Under the pieces are notes generated by a model. That model made no database searches, was not told where the DNA came from, and saw only the letters and a list, made by a program, of their open reading frames with translations. Positions 1 through 11,796 of a DNA stretch of 64,000 nucleotides are shown in pieces; positions within the stretch are counted from its first letter, which is position 1, and each line of letters starts with the position of its first letter. The DNA is taken from the NCBI RefSeq assembly GCF_018977255.1, contig NW_024704742.1:53198001-53262000 (forward strand), written 5' to 3'. The DNA comes from Callorhinchus milii (taxonomy: Eukaryota). The position numbers and the translations under genes are program-made.

Positions 1-282
1 TCTCTTCATCAGTCTGCACTCACACCATTGAAGGGGAGGACATATTTGTACTTTAACAGGTGGTATTTATTTTCTAGTCCAGGTTTTTACAGCAAGATCT
101 TTGTTTTCTCAAATCAATCAAATAGTCTTTATTTTGTCTCCCCTAATATTCTTCCCCTTTCTCCCCTCTTCTCTGGAAGTGAGTTAATAATTCTTGCATC
201 TGATTAGTGCCTTATCACGTTTAGACATCTCAAAAATGACTGGCCTCCCAACGACTCCCCAAATGCAAATACCTGTTGGTAG

Positions 283-400
283 GTGTCAGCCTGGTTCAGC
301 TAGTAGCATTCTTGTCTATAGGTCAGAAGGTTATGGATTCAAGCCACATGTTGGGACTTGAGCTAATTTACGTTGATACCCTTGTGCAACACTGAGGAGT
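283..400 (+). mobile_element. Deu-domain SINE, 5' tRNA-like head fragment
   Basis: GTGTCAGCCTGGTTCAGCTAGTAGCATTCTTG...GGTCAGAAGGTTATGGATTCAAGCC matches the heads of longer copies at ~16330, ~33903 and (reverse) ~27265. Confidence 0.65.
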
Positions 401-3400
401 AACCCTGATCTGGTCCTTGCTGAATATCCATATATCCCTAACATTTCTGTTTGCATATCTGGGTAAAACTGGGGCTTAGATCATTTTCAGATACAATTAT
501 AACAATAATAATAATCCTTGCATTTGATATAACATCTTATCACATTTTCGAGACGTCTCAAAGTGCTTCACAGAATATACTGTAAAATGAATTGACTATA
601 TTTTGTGGGAAATTCAGTCATTACTCCGTCAGAGGGAAAAAAGGTAGAAGCTATGTTTAAAAGAAAAGTGAAATATTCAATAATTATCTATGCTACCTTG
701 TTCATGGTGTTTTAAGATATTAATATAAATAGTTCATTGATGTAAAGCAAGATTGCACTTTAATAAATGGCAACACGTTCACAGGGTAGATGCAGACTCA
801 CAAGCTGTTGAAGCCCCTTATCCCTCAGGTAATAAGACCACAATTAAACGAATGCTGAATACCGAGACAGCTCCCAAATGCTTATTTGTCGCTTCTGAAT
901 GGAGTGGCTTTGGTCTGACCACAAGACAGAAGATCCCTCCAGCCATAATGGCTCTAAGCAGCAAATACCAAAACAACCATATACATGCCAAACAAATGGG
1001 TTGTAAGATGGTCAACGTCACCCTGTCCCCTCAAAGGGTTGCTCTGACTATTCAAAACAACAGGAAGCCTCTATAGCCTTGAGTGCTGTTGAGGTGACAG
1101 AGCTGCTCAGAGCTCTAAGAGTTTAACAGACTCTGAAAATCAGCAGGGCTAGTCTTCTAGGTCCTCGCCTGATTTAAGCTATAAGAGATAGGAACTTCCA
1201 GTCAAGGCTGACACTCCAATGCAATACTGGGAGTGTGCTCTATTGTTGAAAGTTCCTGCCTTCATATGACATATTAAACTGTGGTCCCATCTGCCTGTTC
1301 AAGTGAACATTAAAGGTAAATCAAATCTTGTCTTTTACCATCTTCTAGGTAAAAAAAACAATTACCAGAAGTTCTAACTATCACATCACATAAGCATTTT
1401 TTCACCCTATCATTGCATTGAGGGGATTGAAGTGGGTAATAGATACACTAGAAATAACTGCGGCAACACTGTGGTAATTTTTTCCATATAAATGCATGAA
1501 TACTACAGAGCAAATGTCCAATGCCAGATTGACTACATCTCGTCGCTAGGTGGCTGTGTTCTCCATCAATGTTTTTGAATCAAACAACTAGGCAAACAGG
1601 TCCAAGAATCAATAATTAAAAAAGGCCTGAGGCATGGGCAATTTATATTGCAAAAAGATTCAATGGGTAGGGGTGGGGACAACCTAAAGGTGTTTGTATT
1701 TCTGTGTCAAGGTATTTATACCATCGAGGGGGCTGTTTGAATCCACACTGCACTCTGCAAGCAATTCTATTATAATTTCATTCAACTGCAACAAGACTGC
1801 AGTGAATCGGTTTCTTTTGTGAACAACTACTTATGCATGTGTAAAACATCCCTTAAGTAGCTCAGAACAGAGCTAACCTGGTGGACTAGTGGGTATGGGG
1901 AGCACTGAGCTGTCCACATCAAGTAGAACCTTTTGTCTACGGCTCCACTGTCCTGTGGAGGTGTTACTGCAGGTCATGTCATTTTCAGAATTGGTTTGGG
2001 TGTGGAAGAGGGAAGAGGGAGGGAAATCAAAGCACCAGTTATCTCGTGCCATTCTCATACTCTTCTTATTAGTCACTATACAGCATCATTGGCAGAAGCT
2101 TGGGCACAATGTTTAAACGCGTTTGAAGACCTCAGTATGTGGCGGATGTTGGGAAACTGATAGAAAATAACTTACGGCTAACTAACACTTTATTCCTTGT
2201 GAAGAAGTAAAGCACATACCAACCTTTGACCTTTTGCTATGGGCGATACAATGTAAACTGAAAAATCACAAACAAACCAACACTGAGTAAACTGGCCAGA
2301 AATCTAAATGCAAATGTTTTAACTTGGTTTAGCAGACTGCACCACAAGGATAATAATATGCAATAGTATATCCTCAGCACAACCCATGTCGTAGTCTGAA
2401 CAATACAATCATCAACCAAGTTATTTCACAAGGAAGATAATTCAGGGATCTTTTAACCTCTGATGTCTACAGAAACAACGAGGGATTCCAAAGGTAGATT
2501 CAAATGCTCTGAGTGGTATCCTGAATACAAACAGAAGGTCCCCGTGCCACTTTGACTTTCAACAGAAAATTTCAAAAGCAAAAGACTGGTTACAATCTCA
2601 AATTGGAGGTCCTGCTGGTCACCGACCTTTTACTTTTGGGTGATTATTAACTGGGGAATGGTTGAAAAGTGCAACAAAGGCCAGAAGGCAAAAAAAGTGC
2701 AAAACCAGCCTTTGCCAGATTCTGATATCGTGATTCTCTCCTGATTTTGAAAGATGTTGAGATCATTGATCTCTGGTTTTACAGGCCTTTGAGATCGTAA
2801 TTCTCCTGTGATTTTAAAGGCCTCTGAATTCACTATTCTCTCCTTGATCGGATTTCTCCCTAACTCCCTTTGATTGTTTTGGGGAATTCTGCAGCAATTC
2901 CATTGGCAAACTGCTCATCCCTATTACCACAATGATTTCTGGTTTATGAATATTAAGCTTTCAGCCTCCATATGAAAGCAAAAGCTAATATAAAAATATT
3001 CATCATTGGCAGCAAAAATGTTCTTAAACTTATTATTTTCTGAGCTGCCCCATTGTAGAAAATCAGTCTCATTGCTTTGTTTTGACGTTTGTAATGTTGG
3101 ATGGTTGTTAAAGTTCTGATGCTCAGTTCTGACTGAAAACCTTCACATTGATGGTTGGCACATAACCTGGTGATTCCAGGGATAGGCAATACCCTCAGCT
3201 CGAGTGGATACATGCATGGAATGTGATTCAAGCGGTGTACGCTACGCTCAACATGTTCATATTAGGGATTGGACTTACTGATCCATTTTTACCTTTGCAA
3301 CAAGGAAATAGTGTCAATCTGTTGGCCACCTTTAACTCTTCTTTGCACCAGCAAATGAAACATTCCAAAATGCAAAGCACATGATTATCTCCTTTGACAA

Positions 3401-4389
3401 ACAGTTGTACAGTGCCACAACAAACTTTACTTATATTATTGTATTTCGAGTAAATGCTTGCTTTGCAGAAATAGATGCTAGAACAATGCATGCGATAATT
3501 ACCCAATTATAGGCAGAGAACAATGCAGCAAAGAGCAAGGCTAAGCCTAATTTATGTAAACGTAATTATTTTACCACAAATACTGTATTTAACAATAGGC
3601 AGTCCCAGTGACTCATGACATCCTTGTACGGAGCCAGACAAAAGGCATCAGGTCATTCAAAACGAGCAGACATTTCAAACTACATGCAGCCTGCCAAGAA
3701 TGTTCACCATTGTTTAAAACACAACATCCTGAAGTTGAACTGGTGTAAAGCCGATGGGAAAAGAGTAACATTTCCGAAATGTAGCACTATCCTGTCAACT
3801 CTGCAATAACAGAACACCAGGCATTTGGAAAAATGGTGTCAATGCACTTTAATGAACCACTGAAAAACCTGCAGCCTTCACACTCCCACACGTGAAAAGA
3901 TTACTTGTCGGCAAATATAACAAACACACTCCAATCTTGAGGCTTTAACACCACAAAGGGCCTCATTCTTCCACTTATTTAGGACCCAGGATTGGTGTAA
4001 GAGCACAAATGTGGCTGGCGCTCCATCTTTGGAATATTTTACTCACTCCTAAATCCTTGATGATTAAAGAAACAAACACAAGCACTCAAAAGACTTTAAA
4101 TTAACTGTAAATTGATTCATTAAGTCACTCAATCCTCTTTACACTTCATGAACAGTTAGACCTCAGTGAAAATCTACACTTTACAGAAGCGATCAGGTTT
4201 CTGTTATTTTTCAGAAATCCACCTGTAAATTTTACTTGCATTAGGTCAGAACATCTGCTCAGAGTTTATAAACATGAACAGAGCTACAGTGCCAGACTAG
4301 TCTCACTAACGTTGTATACAGGTTAAAGCTATAGAGCTGTTGCAAATGGAAGTCCTAAAGCTCGCAGCAGTTTACGAAATAAACAAGTT

Positions 4390-4760
4390 AGAATAATGAT
4401 CCTTACATTTGGTATAGTGCCTTTCACATCAGGAGGTTGTCTCACAGGATATACTGTAAAGTGGAGTGACTGCATTTTGAGAGCAGCTAATTTGCACATA
4501 GGAATGTCCCACAAAGAACCATTTTATTTGGGGAATTGTTGGCCAGGACCCTGGGAGAAACTCATTTCTCTTTTCAAATAGTGCCATGAGATCTTTAATG
4601 TCCATCTAAACAGACAACAACAACAAGATTACATTTGTATAGCGCCTTTCACATCGGGAGGACGTCCCAAGGCACTGGACAGTGTACAGCAGACAGAACT
4701 TTGGTTTTATTGTCTAATCTGAAGGAGGGCTCCTCTGACAATGCAGAGCTCCTCTTTATG
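4390..4760 (-). mobile_element. Deu-domain SINE interrupted by a short L2 3' tail (~4616-4689)
   Basis: Reverse tail AATAATGATCCTTACATTTG and Deu-type TTTTCAAATAGTGCCATGAGATCTTTAATGTCCA; the internal CAACAACAACAAGATTACATTTGTATAGCGCCTTTCACATCGGGAGGACGTCCCAAGG is near-identical to the L2 tail at ~55195. Confidence 0.75.
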
Positions 4761-7739
4761 GAAGTAACTTGCATGAAGAGGGTACGCAATATAAACACGT
4801 CATTAAACATATCTCGCCAAGATTCATGTGGAAAAATGATGAAACCTGTACTGATCACATCAGCACGCTTGAAAACAAGCTACATTTTTTTAAAAAAAGC
4901 AATGAAAGAACTATTTTATCCGATTCACAAATAATTCTTGAATGGACAAGCTGAAGAAACTGAGCTTTGCTCAAACTCCAGTCCTCAAAGAGTTAAAGCA
5001 GAGGTTGCAATGCAAAGCTGCCTTGGGCTTTTAAAAACTTCTTTCAGTGCCATTGGTTCCAGCAACAGTCGAGTAAAGACAGTCAGTATTTGACAGCTGC
5101 AGCAATGTAACAAACTCACCGTTCAGGCTTACAGCAATTCTAAATTGCACCATTGGTCATTTACAGTAGAACAAGCGTGTGCCCTTGGCTATATTTACTG
5201 TGAAGGACCAAATTAGATATGCTTCTCACATTAATGCTTACTGGAGCAATGCTATTGTTAAGTGTACAGTAACCAGTGAAACCAATGAAAGAGTTAGCCC
5301 GCACACACTCTACATGTGTTTTTACGCTGACACAAGAAGAAGACAATGAGGGAACTGCTATAGTACTTATTGTGCTGCATGTTATTTATAGACATGCTGA
5401 GTGCGGCACACAGTAAGGCGAGCCTAATACTGTCTGGAGCCATTCAGGATCTTTGCTTTACCTCCTTTCCTGTGCTCTCTTCCTGTTGCTAAGAGGCAAA
5501 GTAAAGCATGAAACTCCTGTTTACAATTTTGGACCATCCTGTAGAGAACAAGCTCCCTATTTGCAAGCAGAATCCAACAGATGCATCCTGAACAAACACA
5601 GGCACAGTGACACCCAACCACATCTGCTGAGCAGTCTTGTCTGTGTGCAAGACTTCAATCTGTCAGAAAGAATATTTTATCATGAAGACAGGTCAGGAGA
5701 CTACAGGAGGCCACAGCCATCTGCTGCATCCTGAAAGAAGACCCTGGCAGCCCAACCCCGAGAAATAATGGAGATAGCTAATGCCAATTAGCTGCACTGT
5801 GGAATACCAATGGCTGGAGGCCAGATGGACTCAGTGAATGCAAACAGGCCAATGCAGCTTTTCTGTGCCTGTGACAGATTTACACATGCCGGCTTCTGAT
5901 CAATGTAGTCACTCTTTAGCTAACTCCAGTCTTCACTTCAAGGTACTGCACTATTGCTATACAAATCGTCAGTGCTTTCAACCCCTCTGACTAAAGGCAT
6001 GGCCTAAGGTTATTTTTGGGCAGTCCCACAGAAGCAGTGGCACTTAGAATGCCACTACTATAACGTGGCTCAATACTGTGCACTTTTTTTTTGCAGAAGA
6101 CCAATGCAGCTACAAACTAAAGAGTGCAATACTGTACCTGATATCGCAATTTAAAAAATACTTGTTATCCTAGACCCGCCACAGACAACAGGTTTTCAGC
6201 TAATCTACTAATATTGGCTGTGAACCAATTTACAATTATCAGCAAAGTTCACTCGTGAGGTCTGGGCAAATCTAATTTTTCATCTGTTCCTACTTTTTTT
6301 TAAATGTGTGTGATTGTTACTTGAGGCTGACATCACGGTGTGGTGATTCTAAGCATGCACAGCCTGAAGGTATTCCGACTTTTTGTGGTAGAATCGCCAA
6401 AAATTACAGTCACTACACTTTACAGTAAATCCTGTGAAGCGCTTTAAGATTTGAGTTTTTTTTAGAAATGCTGAAACCTAAATGGTGTTGCAGCCTTGCC
6501 TCATCCAGGAGGGCTCAGGCCTTTGCAATCCCTTTGCAGAGATATGCCAGCAAATAATTATTTAAAAACCCCGTGAAGATTACAGCCACATTTTAACACC
6601 AAAATAAAACATAAAACATTTACAACTTTTTACGTTATCCTAATTCTATAAATTAAAGCTTAATGTGTAGTAGTCATTGATTCACTTGCTTGTAGCTTTA
6701 TTTGCAAGGATTTATTCTGAGGTCACAAGCTGTTCAGTGCCAGTGCATTGGCTCGTAGAGCATAAGAGTGCATGTGGTGTCAATCAGCAAGTGATTCAGA
6801 TGGAGGAATGTGACAATCCGGTTGGCTCAGTTACAAAAGTACATTTTGAAAATGGAAGTAAAAGGAAACATGTGGGTACAGTATTTTACAAAGGGATCTG
6901 CATGATTTTAGTGGATATAAAAGGGCTTATTCTGCTCCATGTTTTCCATGTAGCGCATTTGGTCACAATAATAATCCTTACATTTGCCATGGCATTTCAG
7001 ATCAGGAGGAGACGTTTCAAAGCACATCACAGGATATATTGTAAAGTGGAGTTGCTGTGAGAATGTAGGCTAAGTGCTTACCAGAGATCCCTGCTGGTGA
7101 GGACAGGACTGGGTACTGGTTTATGATGCCACCAATAGGCAAAAATAATCTGTCCCACAGCACTGATGGTAGACTCTGTACAATGTTAAAAAATTGCCAG
7201 CTATGCACTGATAAATATTGCATGAATTCTCAAATAATTCAATTGTAATTAATTTATCATTCACACAGTTTTGCAATTATTGTAATTACAAGTACTAGTG
7301 TAAAGTTAAAGTGGAACAGGCAGCCCTAAACCCACACCACAGAATTCACCATAAGAAACTTCAAACACAAATCCTTGCATTTAATATAGCATCTTTCACA
7401 TTCGGATAACGTCTCAAAGTGTTTCACCTATACATACTGTAAAATGTAATGACTGTATTTTGTGGGTGAACGTTTCAGTCAACTTGTAAGCAGTAGTGTC
7501 CTACAAACACTGATGAAGTGAATTTGCATCACAACAATGCGGTCTGCAAGCAATGCGATGACATCTTCTGACGTGAATAACATGGTCATGATGCCAGTTA
7601 TGCCACTGGTGTCACAGGACTATAAACAGCAAGAAAGCCCTTGCCTCATAATCTTACACCACCATGTGGTATATCCACTCCACCACGTGGTGTATCAGGT
7701 ACTTTATTTTAAACAGGGATGCAACAGAACTGGTTATAG

Positions 7740-7955
7740 TATCCGTTCCATTCCAACCCTTGCTTCTTGCCAACCTGTGCTTAATACTTTCCAGGATTAG
7801 GTAGGAGGGTGTGTCTCTCCGGGAAAAGAATGTGCAGTCCATTCCCGACAAATGGAAATTTCCACGCAAATGTGAAACTAAGTAGTATATGTGGATACTA
7901 AACGTGGCGATGGATTTTTGCGGAAGTCAAAATATTTAGCCGATCAAAAAAAATC
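7740..7955 (-). repeat. Unnamed dispersed repeat (other copies ~14040-14260 +, ~47155-47235 +, ~51735-51925 +)
   Basis: Shared blocks across copies: GGAAATTTCCCATGTCTGGAATGGAATG...TCCCTGGA...CACCCTG and TTTTGG(A/T)CAGCTGG..T(T/G)TCTGACACATG.GGAAACCCAT. Confidence 0.55.
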
Positions 7956-8032
7956 ACTGGAGTGGGGAAGGCAGCTCTTTATGCCTCTACTCAAACATAT
8001 ATTTTTTGCTTTAAAATATGTGAAATGTTGTC

Positions 8033-8400
8033 ATCTCCTGAAGGCATCGTGAGTTGTTTTCTTTCTGCTGAGATCTGGGACCATGGGTATAGGTCACCTT
8101 CTAGTACCTTGAGTGTGTGATTATTGGTTATGTAAAAGTTAAATCATCAATGTGTGGACAGGGTATTTGACCACGGGGTGGCATCATAAACTGTGCCCAG
8201 TCCTTTTCTCATCCAGGATCCACACACACACTCATATACTTCCAGTAGGAGATCTCTGGAAAGTGACCAGGAGTATGATGGCATCTTGGCTTATTTCTCT
8301 CTCTCTAAACCAGGAACACAGGGGCCAAGTGTTCTAAAATGCTGCCGAGCTGAGATCAGCAACCTCACCACAAATTGGTATTCAAGTCTGCTCTCCTGTA
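8033..8400 (-). mobile_element. LF-SINE-like element
   Basis: Reverse-orientation blocks TCTCCTGAAGGC (tail), CAGGGTATTTGACCACGGGGTGGCATCA and AGCTGAGATCAGC resemble the LF-SINE consensus as I recall it; collinear with other copies in the window. Confidence 0.7.
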
Positions 8401-8414
8401 CTGCATCTTTAGTA

Positions 8415-8726
8415 GGAGTCCTGTAGCTCAGTGATTAGAACACTCGCCTCGCAAGCGATAGACCTGGGTTTGTATTCCCGGCAGGGCGAAACCTTGGGCA
8501 AGTTTCTTTACTCCACATGCCTGATAATAATCCCTCAAGAAAAAAACAATAATAGTTTGGTCACTCAATCCACTACTGTTTCTGGGACACTGCTGTGCGT
8601 AATTCTGCCCACAAAATGTACAGTCCATTCACTTTACAGTATATTCTGTGAAGCGCTTTGAGACGTCTAGAAGACGTGATAAGGCACTTTACCAAATGCA
8701 AGGATTATTATTATTATTATTATTAT
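8415..8726 (+). mobile_element. Young tRNA-derived SINE, full length, short form
   Basis: GGAGTCCTGTAGCTCAGTG (Pol III A-box), tRNA-like anticodon arm CTCGC-CTCGCAA-GCGAT, CORE-like ACCTTGGGCAAGTTTC, L2-like tail CAAATGCAAGGATT(ATT)n; highly similar to 44760-45072 and 57297-57603. Confidence 0.9.
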
Positions 8727-10029
8727 CATCATCATCAGGGACAGATAAAATGTTGCTTAACAGCTTAGATGGGATAAGCAGCAATTTTGTAATCAAAGTC
8801 CATCAGAGTTTTTTTTTAAATCGCACTGTGGTTTCAGTTTTACTATAATTGCGACGTGGTTTGGTTGTGGGAGACCTGCTGATACTCATCTCACTTGCCA
8901 ATTTCTACAAAATCAGTAACAAGAGTTACACTGAAAACAAGGAGATGGATGTCAAAAAAAAAAGCCTGTCAAGTTGGCAGCTTTTATTGGAAATGTACAT
9001 AAAAATAACAGATTCATATTCCGGGAAAGAGTGAATAGCCGATTCACTTCACAATACATTCTGTGATGCGCTTTGAGATGTCTCAACGATGTGATAAGGC
9101 GCCATATCAAAATGCAAGGATTATTATTATTATTATTATAGTAAAACTGGTGAGCATCATCAGAAGTGGCTATCTGATTGCAGTACCTGTCGGAAGGGGA
9201 CTGGCAGTGAGGGGTGGGCTGCAGGAAGGCTGGAGGAAGCCGGACAGCGGGTAATGTTTGTTTGTTTTGAGTCTCTATGTGCTGCTGATGCCATGTTGCT
9301 AGCAGTAGCTGGGACAGGGCTCTCTGATCAAAGTCACCCTGTCTGATCTCACTGCCTACAGGAGGGGTCCTGTTTGACCCCGAGCCCCTCCCATGTATAA
9401 CCCTCTCACAGTGGCAAAACACCAAGCCCTAACTTCACAGAAAGTCAATGGAAACATAGCAGCACAGAAACATTTACCAGACTGTTCAATCGCTTGCTTT
9501 CTTACTGATATCAAACCAAAGCAATTTATTTGAAGGTTCCAACCCCCCCCACCCCCCCACACACATGCTCTCACAAACTTAAACCTTAAACCGAAATGAG
9601 ATGATACATTCACACGCACGCAAAATACACACAAAAACACACCGCTGATTAGTTCCAAACTTTCCAAATTATTTCTCACGTTTACATCTTTACCTCTTTC
9701 GACTGGTGGTTTTTTTTCTAAAAAAAAACACCCCAAAATACCATTTTGCAAAGAAAACTCCCACTTGGGATTGGCGATCAGACTGGACACGACCCAGAGC
9801 CGGACCAGAGGCAGCAAACACATCAGTGGTGACCCCGAGCCCCGAGGACTCTCAGATGTGTGTGTTGAGGGTCTGGGCTGGTGTAGCTCTGGCTGAGGGT
9901 TACGCGCTGCCCCGCGTGCCGCTGACCTGACATCGTTCAACGCCAAATGGACTCTGAAGGTCGCCAAACCTCAGAGCCTTTGGTCACCAAACAGCAACAG
10001 CCCCCAGTCCACATACACCACCCTCCCCC

Positions 10030-10340
10030 ACCACACACACCACCACACACACACACACACACATACACACACACCTCCTGTGTTTCTGATCATACACACA
10101 CCACCACACACACACATACACACACACAGCCTGTGTTTCTGATCATACACACACACACACACACAGCCTGTGTTTCTGATCATACACACACCACCACACA
10201 CACACACACCCACAGCCTGTGTTTCTGATCATACACACACACACCCACAGCCTGTGTTTCTGATCACAAACACACCACCACACACACACATACACACACA
10301 CAGCCTGTGTTTCTGATCACACACACACACCCACACACAC
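10030..10340. repeat. Compound minisatellite: 6 x (CAG/CTC)CCTGTGTTTCTGATCA separated by variable (CA)n/CACC tracts
   Basis: Constant core near 10077, 10128, 10164, 10213, 10248 and 10302. Confidence 0.9.
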
Positions 10341-10705
10341 CCCCTCAGGGGGAGGGGGGGAGAGAGGGAGAGGTAACAGGAGTCAATAAGCCAAGTGGAG
10401 AAACTATTAAAATGTTGGCAACACCGCATAGCGACTCACATCGAGTCAGGACACAAGACCCAAAGCCCCGTCGTGTGGACCCGAAAGCCGTCCCCCGGTC
10501 AGTGCTCCGACACTAACTTTACAATGATACAATAACTTTACAACGTGCACTTCCCGCCGTGGGGCTGAGTTGCTGATGACTTCGACCGTAAAGTTGCGGC
10601 GATGGGTTTTGACGACGTTAAAAGGTGTCGGGAGCGCAGCCAAAAAAAAGGTTAAAACCTGTCCCGGTTGTGGGGAGGGGTTTACTCTGTGCCATTGGGG
10701 GGGTC

Positions 10706-11771
10706 CCCACCGCCAAACCCCTCCTCAACCCCCACCACCAAACCCCCCCTCAAACCCCCCAAACCCCCCTCAACCCCCACCGCCAAACCCCCCTCAAACC
10801 CCCCAACCCCCCTCAACCCCACCGCCAAACCCCCCTCAACCCCCACCACCCAAAACCCCCCTCAAACCCCCCAAACCCCCCTCAACCCCCACCGCCAAAC
10901 CCCCCCTCAAACCCCCCTCAACCCCCACCACCAAACCCCCCTCAAACCCCCCAAACCCCCCCTCAACCCCCACCGCCAAACCCCCCCTCAAACCCCCCTC
11001 AACCCCCACCGCCAAACCCCCCCTCAACCCCCCCTCAACCCCACCGCCAAACCCCCCTCAACCCCACCACCAAACACCCCCCAAACCCCCCCTCAACCCC
11101 CACCACCAAACACCCCCCAAACCCCCCTCAACCCCCACCGCCAAACCCCCCTCAACCCCCACCGCCAAACCCCCCCTCAACCCCCACCGCCAAACACCCC
11201 CCAAACCCCCCCTCAACCCCCACCGCCAAACCCCCTCTCAAACCCCCCCTCAACCCCCACCGCCAACCCCCCCTCAACCCCCACCGCCAAACCCCCCCTC
11301 AACCCCCACCGCCAAACCCCCCCTCAAAACCCCCCAACCCCCCCAACCCCCCCAAACCCCCCAACCCCCCTCAACCCCCACCACCAAACACCCCCCAAAC
11401 CCCCCCTCAACCCCCACCGCCAACCCCCCCTCAAACCCCCCTCAACCCCCACCGCCAAACCCCCCCTCAACCCCCCCACCCACCCCCAAACCCCCCTCAA
11501 CCCCCACCACCAAACACCCCCCAAACCCCCCTCAACCCCCACCGCCAAACCCCCCCTCAACCCCCACCGCCAAACCCCCCTCAACCCCCACCGCCAACAC
11601 CCCCCCCCCCCCTCAACCCCCACCGCCAAACCCCCTCTCAACCCCCCTCAACCCCCACCGCCAACCCCCCCTCACCCCCACCGCCAACCCCCCCTCACCC
11701 CCCCCCAAACCCCCCCCAAACCCCCAACCCCCCTCAACCCCCACCACCAAACCCCCCCCAAACCCCCACCG
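10706..11771. repeat. C-rich (G-rich on minus strand) minisatellite, ~23-25-bp unit CCCCCACCGCCAAACCCCCC(C)TCAA with CCCCCCAAA variants
   Basis: Directly visible tandem array of ~1.07 kb; it explains the three overlapping proline-rich ORFs. Confidence 0.95.
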
Positions 11772-11796
11772 CACAACGGAGCGGCGCTTCACTTAC

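Noticed and set aside
2630..2925. Possible DNA-transposon remnant with repeated ATTCTC(T)CC..GAT motifs ending CATCCCTA
   Set aside because: No matching opposite TIR or TSD found.
5462..5538. Possible minus-strand exon 2 (TTCTCTACAG|GATGG...GGAG|GTAAAG)
   Set aside because: Splicing to the phase-1 first exon hits a stop codon and the peptide is unrecognisable; it could only be a non-coding exon, which cannot be supported here.
10030..10340. CRISPR-like repeat-spacer array
   Set aside because: The core is only ~16-19 bp, the spacers are CA microsatellite rather than unique sequence, there are no cas genes, and the context is vertebrate.
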